From an uncultured Desulfatitalea sp. (lineage in GTDB: Bacteria; Desulfobacterota; Desulfobacteria; Desulfobacterales; Desulfosarcinaceae), in NCBI GenBank assembly GCA_963668675.2, contig CAXXMB010000002.1, positions 2,112,001 to 2,176,000 of the forward strand: DNA of 64,000 bases, given 5' to 3'. Shown here in pieces: positions 51,012-61,451 of the stretch; the first letter of the stretch is position 1, and each line of letters opens with the position of its first letter. A program made the translations under genes and the position numbers. The notes beneath the pieces were generated by a model, which saw nothing but the letters and a program-made list of their open reading frames with translations, did not search any database and was not told the origin of the DNA.

Positions 51012-52421
51012 TTAGGCGTCCAGCCACTTGCGAATATCGACGAACTTTCCGGCCACCGCCGCGGCCGCAGCCATTTCGGGACTCACCAGGTGGGTGCGCC
51101 CGCCTTTGCCCTGACGACCTTCGAAATTGCGGTTCGAGGTGGAGGCGCAGCGTTGTCGGGGCCGTAACTGGTCAGGGTTCATTCCCAGGCACATGCTACA
51201 GCCGGCATTGCGCCACTGGGCACCAGCGGCTTTGAAGATGCGGTCCAGTCCCTCGGCCTCGGCCTGTCGGCGAACCTGCATCGATCCGGGTACCACCAAT
51301 AACTCGACGTTGTCGGCCTTTTGTCGGCCGTCCAGAACGGCGGCCGCCAGGCGCAAGTCCTCGATGCGCGCATTGGTGCAGCTGCCGATGAAAACCACAT
51401 CCACGGGCACGTCGGTGAGGCGGGTGCCGGGGGTAAGGCCCATGTAGGCCAGGGCGTTCTCCACATCGGCACGGCTGTATCCCTCGGCCCCGTCGGGGCC
51501 GGGAACCGGTTGGTCGATATCGATCACCATGCCCGGGTTGGTGCCCCACGTCACCTGGGGTTTGATCCGGCTGCTGTCGATGGTGATGGTCTGGTCGAAA
51601 TGGGCGTCATCATCGCTCGGCAGGGTTTTCCATTGGGCGATGGCACTATCCAGGCGCTCCCCCTTAGGTGCGAAGGGGCGATCGCCAGCCGCAATGTAGT
51701 CGAAGGTGGTCTCGTCCGGAGCGATCAAACCGGCCCGGGCACCGCCCTCGATGCTCATGTTGCAGATCGACATGCGCGCCTCCATGGAGAGGGCGCGAAC
51801 GGTTTCACCGCAATACTCGAGCACATGACCGGCACCGCCGGCCGTGCCGATAGTGCCGATCAGCTTCAGCACCATATCCTTAGAAAAGACGTGGGGGGCC
51901 AGCTGGCCTGTGAACTCCACTTTGTAGGTGTTCGGTTTTCGCTGGACAAGGGACTGGGTCACCAGCACGTGCTCGACCTCCGAGGTGCCGATGCCGAAGG
52001 CCAGGGCCCCGAAGGCACCGTGGGTCGACGTGTGAGAGTCGCCGCACACGATCGTGAGGCCGGGCAGAGTGAGTCCCAGCTCGGGGCCGATCATGTGCAC
52101 GATGCCCTGGCGCTCGTCGCCAAGATCGTAGAGGCGGATGCCGAAATCGCGGCAGTTGGTTCGCATGGCGTCGACCTGGGCCCGGGAGATGGGGTCTTTG
52201 ATCTCCATGCGGTCATTGGTGGTGGGAACATTGTGGTCCATTGTGCCGAACGAAAGGTCGGGGCGGCGCACCTGGCGGCCGGCCAGCCGCAGACCCTCGA
52301 AGGCTTGGGGGCTGGTCACCTCGTGGACCAGATGCCGGTCGATGTAGAGCAGCGCACCGCCATCGGGCAGCGCTCGTACCGTGTGCGCGTCCCATATCTT
52401 ATCAAACAGTGTCTTACCCAT
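51012..52421 (-). CDS. leuC: 3-isopropylmalate dehydratase large subunit
   Basis: [42 protein letters not shown]. Confidence 0.98.
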   Translation of the reverse strand: MGKTLFDKIWDAHTVRALPDGGALLYIDRHLVHEVTSPQAFEGLRLAGRQVRRPDLSFGTMDHNVPTTNDRMEIKDPISRAQVDAMRTNCRDFGIRLYDLGDERQGIVHMIGPELGLTLPGLTIVCGDSHTSTHGAFGALAFGIGTSEVEHVLVTQSLVQRKPNTYKVEFTGQLAPHVFSKDMVLKLIGTIGTAGGAGHVLEYCGETVRALSMEARMSICNMSIEGGARAGLIAPDETTFDYIAAGDRPFAPKGERLDSAIAQWKTLPSDDDAHFDQTITIDSSRIKPQVTWGTNPGMVIDIDQPVPGPDGAEGYSRADVENALAYMGLTPGTRLTDVPVDVVFIGSCTNARIEDLRLAAAVLDGRQKADNVELLVVPGSMQVRRQAEAEGLDRIFKAAGAQWRNAGCSMCLGMNPDQLRPRQRCASTSNRNFEGRQGKGGRTHLVSPEMAAAAAVAGKFVDIRKWLDA

Positions 52422-52688
52422 GTCGTTCTTCCTCGGTTTGATGATGGATGTTGGTTAGGGTGGCCTAAGGTGGCATAACATGAGAACATGTATGGTATAA
52501 GTCAACCCGGCCGATCGGGCAAGTCGTAACCTTCGGTCCAGCGTCGTCGGACTGGTCATGGGCCAAACGATGATTATACTACCCCCCATTACCCTACGTC
52601 CGGGCACAAAAGGGACAAGGCTGCACGCACACACGCAGCGCGCGTCAACACGTAGCTTGACTGGAATTAAGATGAAGGAAGAGATGCC

Positions 52689-54413
52689 ATGATCACAGGC
52701 AAAGAGTTGGTTCTGAAGGCGCTCAGGGATAAAGGCGTCCAATATGTGTTTGGCTACACGGGCGGTGCCATCATGCCGATCTTCGACGAGATGGGGCGCC
52801 AGAACTGTTTTACTTTCATGATGGCCCGCAACGAGCAGGGGGCCACCTTCATGGCCCAGGGGCTGTCGCGGGCATCGATCACCACGGCGCGACCCCAGAT
52901 CGGCGTTTGTATGGCGACCTCTGGCCCCGGTGCCATGAATCTTGTCACCGGCATCGCTGACGCCATGATGGATTCGGTGCCTGTGCTGGCCGTGACCGGA
53001 CAGGTCGGCACGGGCGTCATCGCCACGGACGCTTTCCAGGAGAGTGACGTGGTGGGGGTGATGATGCCGCTGACCAAACAGACCTATATGCCGCTTTCGG
53101 CGGCCGAGATCGAAGAGACGCTGCACGAGGCGATCTATGTCGCCCTCACCGGCCGGTGCGGACCCGTGGTGGTGGATATTCCCAAGGATGTCCAGGTCCA
53201 GGAGGTGCCGGACGACTACCACTTCGACCCGGCCGCCTACGAACCCGATCTGCCGGGCTTTTACTACTCTCCTGCGCCCGAGCGCGATCAGTACCGCCGG
53301 GCACTCGCTCTGATCAACAAGAGCGAGCGCCCCATCATTCTGTGCGGTCACGGCGTGGTCAACCGCAACGCCGGCGCCGATCTGCAGCGCTTTGCCGAAA
53401 AGGCGCGCATCCCCATCGCCTTTACCCTGCATGGTCTGTCGGCCCTGCCGATAGACCAGCCGTTGAGTCTGGGGATGGTGGGCATGCATGGAACGGTGGA
53501 GGCCAATCGGGCCCTGCTCGATGCCGATTTGATCATCTCTCTGGGTATGCGCTTCGACGACCGCGTCACCGGCAATCTGGACGACTTTGCCATCGATGCC
53601 CAGGTGATCCATGTAGAGATCGACCCGTCGGAGATCGACAAGAACGTCACTGCCACGGTGGCTTTGAATGCCGATGTCGGCGAGGTGATGCGTCTGCTGG
53701 CCAAGGATCCTGAGATTGTCGCCAAGCCACGGCGCGCCTGGTTGAAGGCTATCGGCGGATTTCGTCAGGAGACGGCCGGCGAAACCGCGGCGGAGATCGA
53801 GGCTGGCGTTGGCCAGGAGGGGCAGCTGCTGATGAAGCATATCGTGCACCGGCTGTCCGAGATCACCAAGGGGAAGGATCTGATCGTTTCGGATGTGGGC
53901 CAGCACCAGATGATTCTGGCCCGCTTCTACAACTTTCAAACCCCCAACAGCTGGTTCGCTTCGGGTGGCGCCGGAACCATGGGGTGTGCCCTGCCCATGG
54001 CCACAGGGGTCAAGCTGGCCCGCCCCGATGAGCGGGTGTGGGCGATCATGGGCGATGGTGGTTTTCAGATGAACATGCAGGAGTTGGGCGTGATCATGGA
54101 GTATGGTGTGGATATCAAAATCCTGCTCTTCAACAACGGCTACCTGGGCATGGTGCGCCAGTGGCAGACCCTCTTCTACGATGGCCGCTACGCCGGCACG
54201 CCACTGAAGAATCCGGATTTCGGGGCGATTGCCGGAGCCTATGGCATACCCTATCGCCGTGTGACGGATAAGGAGCGGGTGGCTGATGCCATCAGGGAGG
54301 CCGCCGAACACGAAGGTGCCATTATGGTGGAGTTTTTGTGCGACCCGAGCGAGATTGTTCTGCCAATGGTACCGGCCGGCGGCGGCATTGCCGATATGAT
54401 TGTAAAAAAGTAG
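52689..54413 (+). CDS. ilvB: Biosynthetic acetolactate synthase large subunit
   Basis: FGYTGGA, TSGPGA, DAFQE, GMHG, RFDDRVTG, DVGQHQM, GDGGFQMN, LGMVRQWQ. Confidence 0.95.
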   Translation: MITGKELVLKALRDKGVQYVFGYTGGAIMPIFDEMGRQNCFTFMMARNEQGATFMAQGLSRASITTARPQIGVCMATSGPGAMNLVTGIADAMMDSVPVLAVTGQVGTGVIATDAFQESDVVGVMMPLTKQTYMPLSAAEIEETLHEAIYVALTGRCGPVVVDIPKDVQVQEVPDDYHFDPAAYEPDLPGFYYSPAPERDQYRRALALINKSERPIILCGHGVVNRNAGADLQRFAEKARIPIAFTLHGLSALPIDQPLSLGMVGMHGTVEANRALLDADLIISLGMRFDDRVTGNLDDFAIDAQVIHVEIDPSEIDKNVTATVALNADVGEVMRLLAKDPEIVAKPRRAWLKAIGGFRQETAGETAAEIEAGVGQEGQLLMKHIVHRLSEITKGKDLIVSDVGQHQMILARFYNFQTPNSWFASGGAGTMGCALPMATGVKLARPDERVWAIMGDGGFQMNMQELGVIMEYGVDIKILLFNNGYLGMVRQWQTLFYDGRYAGTPLKNPDFGAIAGAYGIPYRRVTDKERVADAIREAAEHEGAIMVEFLCDPSEIVLPMVPAGGGIADMIVKK

Positions 54414-54489
54414 GAAAGTGTGAACGTGGGAAAGTATAACGTACTGGTATTCTGCCGCTTTCCACTCTTAACGTTCATACTTTCCTACT
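54409..54489. repeat. Long hairpin between ilvB and ilvN
   Basis: agtaggaaagtgtgaacgt (54409-54427) pairs with acgttcatactttcctact (54471-54489), with one G-U. Confidence 0.8.
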
Positions 54490-54547
54490 ACGGTGCGGTT
54501 GCATAGAGGTTCAGATCAGCGCCAACGAAGTTCGCAGGAGATAAACA

Positions 54548-55033
54548 ATGAGAAGTAATAATCCCAAACGCCGCGCCATTCTTGCATTTGTGTTGAACCG
54601 TGCAGGCGTGTTGAACAAGATCTCCATGTTGATTCGTCGCAAGATGTACAATGTGGATACACTGACTGTGTGCGCTACCATGCAGCCGGGCATCAGCCGC
54701 ATGACCTTGACCCTGAGGGAGGAGAGCGATGCCAAGGCGCTGCAGGTGATCAAGCAGCTTGAGCGCATGACCGAGGTGGTTTCGGCCAGGGAGCTGGACA
54801 CGGACCAGAGCTTCTGGCGTGAGGTGGCCATCGTCAAGTTCGAGGCCGAAGAGGCGCTCATGGAGCGGCTGACCCAGGCGTATCCACTGGAGATTCTTGA
54901 CCGGCAGAACCATGAGCTTTTTGTGGCCCAGATTGCGGGTACCTCCCAACGCATCGATGAGTTTCTGTCGGCGGTGGGGAGGGATAAGGTTATTGAAGTG
55001 GCCCGCTCCGGGTTTACCGCGCTTGAGAAATAG
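54548..55033 (+). CDS. ilvN: Acetolactate synthase regulatory subunit
   Basis: ACT domain (NRAGVL..I...YNV..LTV, SRMT, KQL); EVARSG. Confidence 0.92.
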   Translation: MRSNNPKRRAILAFVLNRAGVLNKISMLIRRKMYNVDTLTVCATMQPGISRMTLTLREESDAKALQVIKQLERMTEVVSARELDTDQSFWREVAIVKFEAEEALMERLTQAYPLEILDRQNHELFVAQIAGTSQRIDEFLSAVGRDKVIEVARSGFTALEK

Positions 55034-55041
55034 GAGAAGAG

Positions 55042-55845
55042 ATGCCCCAGATTCGCGTCAACGACACCTCCATTCACTATGGTTGGGACGGTCCCGAAGC
55101 GGGGCCGGTGGTAATGCTGTCCCATTCACTTGCATCCGACCGGAAGATGTGGGATCCGCAGGTGAAACCGTTGGTCGAATCCGGCTACCGGGTCCTTCGG
55201 TACGACCATCGCGGTCATGGTCGATCGCAGGTGGCCCCCGGGGATTACTCTATCGAAATACTGGCCGGTGATGCCATTGGATTGATGGATGGGCTGGAGA
55301 TTGGCAAGGTGCACTTTGTCGGCCTCTCCATGGGAGGCATGGTCGGCCAGCTTTTGGGCGCAACCCATGGCGACCGCCTGCTCTCGCTGACGCTCAGTTC
55401 TACCGCATCGTACATGCCGCCGATAGAGCTTTGGCAGGAGCGCATCGCGGCGGTCGGAGAGCATGGGCTGGGGGCAGTGGCCGACGGCACCATCGACCGC
55501 TGGTTTACCAAAGCGGGCCAGACGCGACTGCCCGAAGCGGTTCGTCAGATTCACGCCACCATTTTGGCAACGCCGGTGGATGGGTTTTGTGCCTGCTGTG
55601 CGGCCATCCGCGATATGGATCTGCGCGGCGCCCTCGGTGCCATTTCAGCCCCGACCCTGATCACGGTGGGTGAGCATGACCAGGGCACGCCGGTCAGCGC
55701 GGCCCAATTCATCCATGAGAACATCGCCAATTCGCAATTGACGATCGTTTCGGACGCGGCCCATATGCTCAATGTCGAGCAGGCCGCCCTTTTCAACCGG
55801 ACGCTGCTCGGGTTTCTCCAATCCCTGCCGTTTGAAACACGCTAA
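55042..55845 (+). CDS. pcaD: 3-oxoadipate enol-lactonase-like alpha/beta hydrolase
   Basis: SHSL, WDPQ, RYDHRGHG, GLSMGG, W.ERI..V, RWFT, AH..NVEQ. Confidence 0.8.
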   Translation: MPQIRVNDTSIHYGWDGPEAGPVVMLSHSLASDRKMWDPQVKPLVESGYRVLRYDHRGHGRSQVAPGDYSIEILAGDAIGLMDGLEIGKVHFVGLSMGGMVGQLLGATHGDRLLSLTLSSTASYMPPIELWQERIAAVGEHGLGAVADGTIDRWFTKAGQTRLPEAVRQIHATILATPVDGFCACCAAIRDMDLRGALGAISAPTLITVGEHDQGTPVSAAQFIHENIANSQLTIVSDAAHMLNVEQAALFNRTLLGFLQSLPFETR

Positions 55846-55884
55846 ACGGCCCAACAACAATACCAACGACGAAGCGAAACGAAG

Positions 55885-58152
55885 ATGCATTACAAAAAAG
55901 AGGCCCTGAGATATCACAAGGAGCCGCGACCGGGAAAGACGGAGGTGGTGCCCACAAAGCCATTTTTGAGCCAGGCCGATCTGAGCCTTGCCTACACCCC
56001 CGGTGTGGCCGAACCCTGCCTGGAGATCCATGCCGACGCGGAGCGCTCCTTCGACTATACCAATCGGGCCAATCTCATTGCCGTGATCACCAACGGCACG
56101 GCAGTGCTCGGGCTGGGACACATCGGGGCTCTGGCCGGCAAGCCGGTGATGGAGGGCAAGGCGGTGCTTTTCAAACGCTTTGCCAACATCGATGTCTTTG
56201 ATCTGGAGTTGGACACCCTCGATCCGGACGAGTTTATCCGCTCGGTCAAACTGCTCGAACCGACGTTCGGCGGCATTAACCTGGAGGACATCAAGGCGCC
56301 CGACTGCTTCTATATCGAGGAGCAGCTCAAAAAGCAGATGTCGATTCCGGTGTTTCACGACGACCAGCACGGCACGGCCATCATCTCCTCGTCCGCCATG
56401 ATCAATGCGGTGGCCCTGACAGGCCGAACGCTGGACAACTTGCGCGTGGTGATTAACGGCGCCGGTGCGGCGGGCATCGCCTGCGCCAAACTCTACGTGC
56501 AGTTGGGGGTGCCGCGCGAGCATCTCACCATGGTGGACACCAGGGGCGTGATTTACAACGGACGCCAGCAGGGCATGAATCCCTATAAAGCAGAGTTCGC
56601 AGTGGATACCGACGCCCGGACGCTGTCCGATGCGGTGCAAGGGGCAGATATGCTGGTGGGGATGTCGGTCAAGGGCGCCTTTACTGAGGATTTGTTGGCG
56701 CGTATGGCGCCCAAGCCGATCATTTTTGCCTTGGCCAATCCGGACCCGGAGATCGATTACGATGCAGCCAAAGCCGCCCGGCCCGATGCGCTGGTGGCCA
56801 CCGGCCGCTCCGATTTTCCCAACCAGGTGAACAATGTTCTCGGTTTTCCATTCATCTTCAGGGCGGCCCTGGATGTGCGCGCCATGGCCATCACCGAGGG
56901 AATGAAGGTGGCGGCCGTCCACGCCCTGGCAGCCCTGGCCCGCGAAGATGTGCCCGATGCCGTGATACGCGCCTACGGCGGGCAGCCGATCCGCTTCGGC
57001 CCCGACTACATCATTCCCAAGCCCCTGGATGACCGGGTGCTGCTCAAGGTGGTGCCGGCCGTGGCGGCGGCGGCTGTCAAAGACGGCGTGGCCCGCGTCC
57101 AACCGCCCGAAGCATCGGCCTATGTCCAGCGGCTCGAATCACTGCTCGGCCCGGAGCGAGAGCTGATGCGCAAGATCATCATTCGCGCCCAGCAGCGCCC
57201 GCTGAAGATTGTACTACCTGAAGGCAACCATCCGGTGATCATCCGGGCGGCCCAAAACGCACACCTGAATGGCATCGCCAGGCCGGTCCTTTTGGGAGAC
57301 CCCGAAGAGATTCAGCGTGTGGCACTGGATTTGGCCCTCTCCCTGGATGGCATCGATATCCTCGACCCACGCTGCAATCCTCACCTGGAGACCTTTGAAG
57401 ATGAGCTCTTCTCCCTGCGCCAGCGTAAGGGCTGGTCTCTCGTTGAAACCCGGCGTCAGCTGCAGAACCCTTATGTCTTCGGCGCTATGCTGGTGCAGAA
57501 GGGCGTCGTGGATGGGCAGGTGCACGGCATCGGCCAATCCTATCCCAGCGCGATTCGCCCGGTGCTTCAGGTGATCCCCAGGCGCCCGGGGGTTTCAAAG
57601 GTGGCAGGCCTCTACCTGATGATTTCCAAGAACCGCACCCTGCTGTTTGCCGACACCACGGTCAATATTCAGCCCACGGCCGACGATTTGGCCGAGATCG
57701 CTCTGCTCAGCGGAGAGATGGCCCGCTTTTTCGACATGCAGCCGCGTGTGGCCATGCTCTCCTACTCCAATTTCGGCAGTGTGCGCGACAACGACGCCCA
57801 GCGTGTGGCCGCCGCGGTCGAGATCGCCCGCCGACGCAATCCCGACCTCGTCATCGACGGTGAGATGCAGGCCGACACGGCCCTGGTCGAAGAGGTCTTG
57901 AACAGCGGTTTTCCTTTTAACCGTTTAAAGCAGCCGGCCAATGTTCTGATATTCCCCAATCTGGCCGCCGGCAACATCGCCTTCAAACTTGTCGACCGCC
58001 TGGGGGCCGCCAAGGCGGTGGGCCCTCTGCTCATGGGTTTGAGCAAACCCTTCAATGTTGTCCAGCGCAACACGGATATGGAAAACGTGGTCAACGTCAT
58101 GGCCATCACCGTGGCCCAGGCACAGAATCACAGAAACGATTACTGCTGCTAG
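55885..58152 (+). CDS. maeB: NADP-dependent malic enzyme with PTA-like domain
   Basis: LAYTPGVA, MEGKAVLFK, NLEDI, FHDDQHGTA, GAGAAG, TGRSDFPNQVNN; DGEMQAD. Confidence 0.96.
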   Translation: MHYKKEALRYHKEPRPGKTEVVPTKPFLSQADLSLAYTPGVAEPCLEIHADAERSFDYTNRANLIAVITNGTAVLGLGHIGALAGKPVMEGKAVLFKRFANIDVFDLELDTLDPDEFIRSVKLLEPTFGGINLEDIKAPDCFYIEEQLKKQMSIPVFHDDQHGTAIISSSAMINAVALTGRTLDNLRVVINGAGAAGIACAKLYVQLGVPREHLTMVDTRGVIYNGRQQGMNPYKAEFAVDTDARTLSDAVQGADMLVGMSVKGAFTEDLLARMAPKPIIFALANPDPEIDYDAAKAARPDALVATGRSDFPNQVNNVLGFPFIFRAALDVRAMAITEGMKVAAVHALAALAREDVPDAVIRAYGGQPIRFGPDYIIPKPLDDRVLLKVVPAVAAAAVKDGVARVQPPEASAYVQRLESLLGPERELMRKIIIRAQQRPLKIVLPEGNHPVIIRAAQNAHLNGIARPVLLGDPEEIQRVALDLALSLDGIDILDPRCNPHLETFEDELFSLRQRKGWSLVETRRQLQNPYVFGAMLVQKGVVDGQVHGIGQSYPSAIRPVLQVIPRRPGVSKVAGLYLMISKNRTLLFADTTVNIQPTADDLAEIALLSGEMARFFDMQPRVAMLSYSNFGSVRDNDAQRVAAAVEIARRRNPDLVIDGEMQADTALVEEVLNSGFPFNRLKQPANVLIFPNLAAGNIAFKLVDRLGAAKAVGPLLMGLSKPFNVVQRNTDMENVVNVMAITVAQAQNHRNDYCC

Positions 58153-58216
58153 AGGATCACCAGTGAAAATTTAACTCTTGATCATCGAATAAGGTTACCC
58201 TTTATGTCACACCCTG

Positions 58217-59002
58217 CTATGGTTTTTTATGCGGAATACAAACCCCCCTCTTGGAATCCTCGACAAACGAGCAGAGTTCCAAAACAGCCGGCGAGTCCAT
58301 GATCTTTCGAATTCTTGTAAGGGCCTCTTTCTGAAGCGTCGTTGACATGAAGAGTATGCGGTACGCCTCCTTGAGCTCCTTTCGTTCGGGAGCTGTCATT
58401 TGAGCTCGTCTGAGGCCAACCGTATTAAGACCGGACAGACGATTGAGTCCATAAGGATGGATCATGCAAAACGGGGGGACATCCTTGTTCGCCCCGCTAT
58501 TTCCTCCCAGCATGGCCAGGCGACCAATACGGACAAACTGATGAACCAAGCAATTTGCGCTTATAAAAGCCCCATCTCCCACTTCAACGTGACCGCCGAG
58601 CAGTGCGCTATTAGTGAGGATTACATTATTTCCAAGCACGCAGTTGTGGGCGACGTGACTGTTCGCCATAAAAAAACAGTCATTCCCTACATGTGTTATC
58701 GATCCTTCCTTTGTACCTCTATGAATCGTCACTCCCTCACGAAAGGTGCAGCGGTCACCGATGTGCACATAAGTTTTGCCCCCGGAGAATCCCAGATCCT
58801 GAGGGGTATCACCCAAAATCACTCCGGCATGTACTCGGCATTCCTCTCCCAGAATCGTTGATCCATAGATGACAGCCTGGGGACCGATCCAACTTCCGTC
58901 TCCTATGACAGCGCCTGCGTGAATATAGGAAAAGGCATCAATAGTGACGTCCGCACCGAGTTTTGCACCATCTTCAACAATTGCCATGTGATGAATTTTC
59001 AC
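58217..59002 (-). CDS. lpxA: UDP-GlcNAc O-acyltransferase LpxA-like (orphan copy)
   Basis: Hexapeptide repeats; PQD, REGVTIHRGT, HVAH, GHV, VHQF, KDVPP, GLN.VGLRR. Confidence 0.88.
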   Translation of the reverse strand: MKIHHMAIVEDGAKLGADVTIDAFSYIHAGAVIGDGSWIGPQAVIYGSTILGEECRVHAGVILGDTPQDLGFSGGKTYVHIGDRCTFREGVTIHRGTKEGSITHVGNDCFFMANSHVAHNCVLGNNVILTNSALLGGHVEVGDGAFISANCLVHQFVRIGRLAMLGGNSGANKDVPPFCMIHPYGLNRLSGLNTVGLRRAQMTAPERKELKEAYRILFMSTTLQKEALTRIRKIMDSPAVLELCSFVEDSKRGVCIPHKKP

Positions 59003-59178
59003 GATATCGACTCCGTATCAATAATTATAAGAAAGCGTAGGGGCAGATCTTCTAATTTTATTCTTTTTTGTTCTTTTGCCGGTTTTGTCAAGGCCCGAAC
59101 ATCGCGGCTGGCATTTTCTAAAAATCCATTTCCTAATGGCCCAACATTAATATTCAACTCCAGCTTGAACAAAAACAA
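58999..59178 (-). pseudogene. 3' remnant of an unknown gene formerly upstream of lpxA
   Basis: AT-rich open frame ending in TGA overlapping the lpxA GTG (GTGA); no start before it runs into the CoA-ligase antisense strand. Confidence 0.5.
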
Positions 59179-60627
59179 TCCTGCCCGCAGTACCACATCG
59201 CCCACTACGGCATCTGCAAGATGGGTGGCATCATCGTACCTTGCAGCCCGTTGTTCAAGCAGTGGGAGCTGGCCTATCAGCTCCGCGAGACGGGGGCCAG
59301 GGCGATCATCTGTCTCGACCAGATCTACCCGGTGGCCGCTGAAGCGGCGGCGGAGACCGGACTGGAAACCGTTGTGGTGACCAGCCTGCACGATTTTCTT
59401 CCCGAGCAACCGACCATGAACCTGACCCCCATGATGGCGTTGCCCAAGCAGGGCTTTCCCGGCACGATCGAGTTCAAGGAGATTTTCGATGGATACCCTT
59501 CGGATCGGGTGGCGGTCGATGTGGGACTCGACGACACGGTGCAGCTTCAGTTCACGGGCGGCACCACCGGACTCCCCAAAGGCGCCGTTTTGACCCACGG
59601 CTGCAAGCGCTTCAAGGTGGCGGCGGCCTCGACGATCAAAGAGGCCAACCGGCGCTTTATGGGCGTCGAAGGAAGTCATATGATCAATTTGACGGCGATG
59701 CCCACCTTCCACATCGCCGGCATGCTGGGGGCGGTGGATACCATGATCGCCCAGGGGGACACCCAGGTGCTGATGCAGATGTTCGATCCCCTGGCGGCCA
59801 TGCAGGCCATCGAGCGCTATCGGGTCCAGTTCTTCCAGGCCACCGTTCCGATGAACCTGGCTATTATGGACCATCCTGAACGCAGCCGATATGATCTCTC
59901 TTCGCTGGTGATCTGCAACACCGTCAGTTTCGGCATTCAGTTGACCGAGAAGATTGTCGATCGTTGGATGGAGGATACGGGCGGCTGTACGATTTCGGAA
60001 TCGGCCTATGGTCTGACGGAGACCCACACCTTCGACACCTTCATGCCCATGGACCGGCCCAAATACACGCCCGGCTGTCAGGGGATCCCCATTCCGGAGC
60101 AGCAGATCAAGATCGTTTCATGGGAAGATCGCTCCCGCGAGGTCCCCCCCGGGGAGATGGGAGAGATCGCGATCAAGAATCCGGCCGTCTTCAAAGCTTA
60201 CTGGAACCGGCCCGAAGAGACGGCCGCTTCTCTGGTTGATGGCAGGGTCTTCACCGGCGACATGGGCCGATTCGACGAGGATGGATATCTTTTCTTCCTC
60301 GGGCGCAAGAAAGAGATGATCAAGGTGTCGGGCTTTAGCGTCTTTCCCGAAGAGGTGGAGGCGTTTTTGTGCCGGCACGAAGCCATCGACCGGGTTGCCG
60401 CCATCGGTGTCTCCGACCCGAAACGGGGAGAGGTGATCAAGGCGTTTGTCGTTCTCAAGCCGGAGTTCAAGCAGAAGATTTCAGCCCAGGATATCATCGA
60501 TTGGGCCAAGCCGAAGATCTCATCCTACAAGGTGCCCCGGGAGGTGGCGTTTCGGGACGAGCTTCCCATGAGCGGCGTGGGCAAGGTGCTCAGGCGGGTG
60601 CTGGTCGAAGAAGAGAATAAGGGGTAG
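59176..60627 (+). pseudogene. Long-chain acyl-CoA synthetase (AMP-binding), 5'-truncated
   Basis: FTGGTTGLPKG, YGLTE, TGD, GRKKEMIKVSG, GKVLR; homology begins mid-domain at QSCPQYHIAHYG and there is an in-frame TAA at 59134-59136. Confidence 0.75.
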
Positions 60628-60672
60628 TGCTGATTAAGCTGATTGCTTGTGGCTCTTCCGTAGCAGATAAAC

Positions 60673-61374
60673 TTATTCTTTTTGTGCTTTGCGCCGGTTG
60701 CGCTCGTAGCGCATCTGAAGCATTTCGACGAAGAGGGCAAACCCCATGGGCAGATAGATATAGGCCTTGGGTACATGCTTGTGCATCCCCTCCATGAAGA
60801 GGGTTACGCCGATGGTGATCAGGAAGGAGAGCGCCAGGATCTTGAGGGCCGGGTGGCGCAGGATGAACTCTCCGATCGGTTTTGCGAAGAAGAGAATGCC
60901 CACAAAGGAGAGTACCACGGCGATGATGATAATCCACAGATTGGAGGTCAGCCCGACAGCGGTGATGACCGAGTCGATGGAGAAGACGATGTCGAGCAGT
61001 ACGATCTGGCCGATGATGGCGCTGAAGGCGTCCGGTTTGGGCGTATCATGCGCTTCCATTTCGTCTTTGAGCGAAATGGTGTGATGGATTTCGTGGACCG
61101 CTTTGTAGAGCAGGAACAGACCGCCGGCGATCAGGATCAGGTCGCGCACCGAGAGGTTCCAGACAACCGGCCTGGTCATGGCGACCAGGAAGACGACCAG
61201 GGAGAGCATTGCAATTCTTGCCACCAGGGCCAGGGCCAGACCGAGGACGCGTGCTTTCTGGCGCTTTTCGGCGGGCAGGCGCCCAACGAAGATGGCAATC
61301 ACCAGAACGTTGTCGACGCCCAACACCAGTTCCAATCCTATGAGCAGGGCAAGAAGTGCCAATGCGTCTGCCAT
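60673..61374 (-). CDS. TerC-family membrane protein
   Basis: LELVLGVDN, GGLFLLYKA..EIH, LDIVFSIDSVITAVG, KAYIY. Confidence 0.95.
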   Translation of the reverse strand: MADALALLALLIGLELVLGVDNVLVIAIFVGRLPAEKRQKARVLGLALALVARIAMLSLVVFLVAMTRPVVWNLSVRDLILIAGGLFLLYKAVHEIHHTISLKDEMEAHDTPKPDAFSAIIGQIVLLDIVFSIDSVITAVGLTSNLWIIIIAVVLSFVGILFFAKPIGEFILRHPALKILALSFLITIGVTLFMEGMHKHVPKAYIYLPMGFALFVEMLQMRYERNRRKAQKE

Positions 61375-61451
61375 AATGATCATTCCTTTCTATGTCGATG
61401 GTGTAGGGTTACGATGCATCGTGCCCCTATTGTTATACGGAGGCCTTTTCT

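Noticed and set aside
52558..52692. 44-codon ORF (MGQTMIILPPITL...) overlapping the ilvB start, as a possible attenuator leader
   Set aside because: No clear RBS, only a weak Ile/Leu cluster, and no terminator/antiterminator pair.
58999..60027. 342-aa - strand ORF upstream of lpxA
   Set aside because: Mostly antisense to the acyl-CoA ligase; only 58999-59178 is plausibly a real gene remnant.
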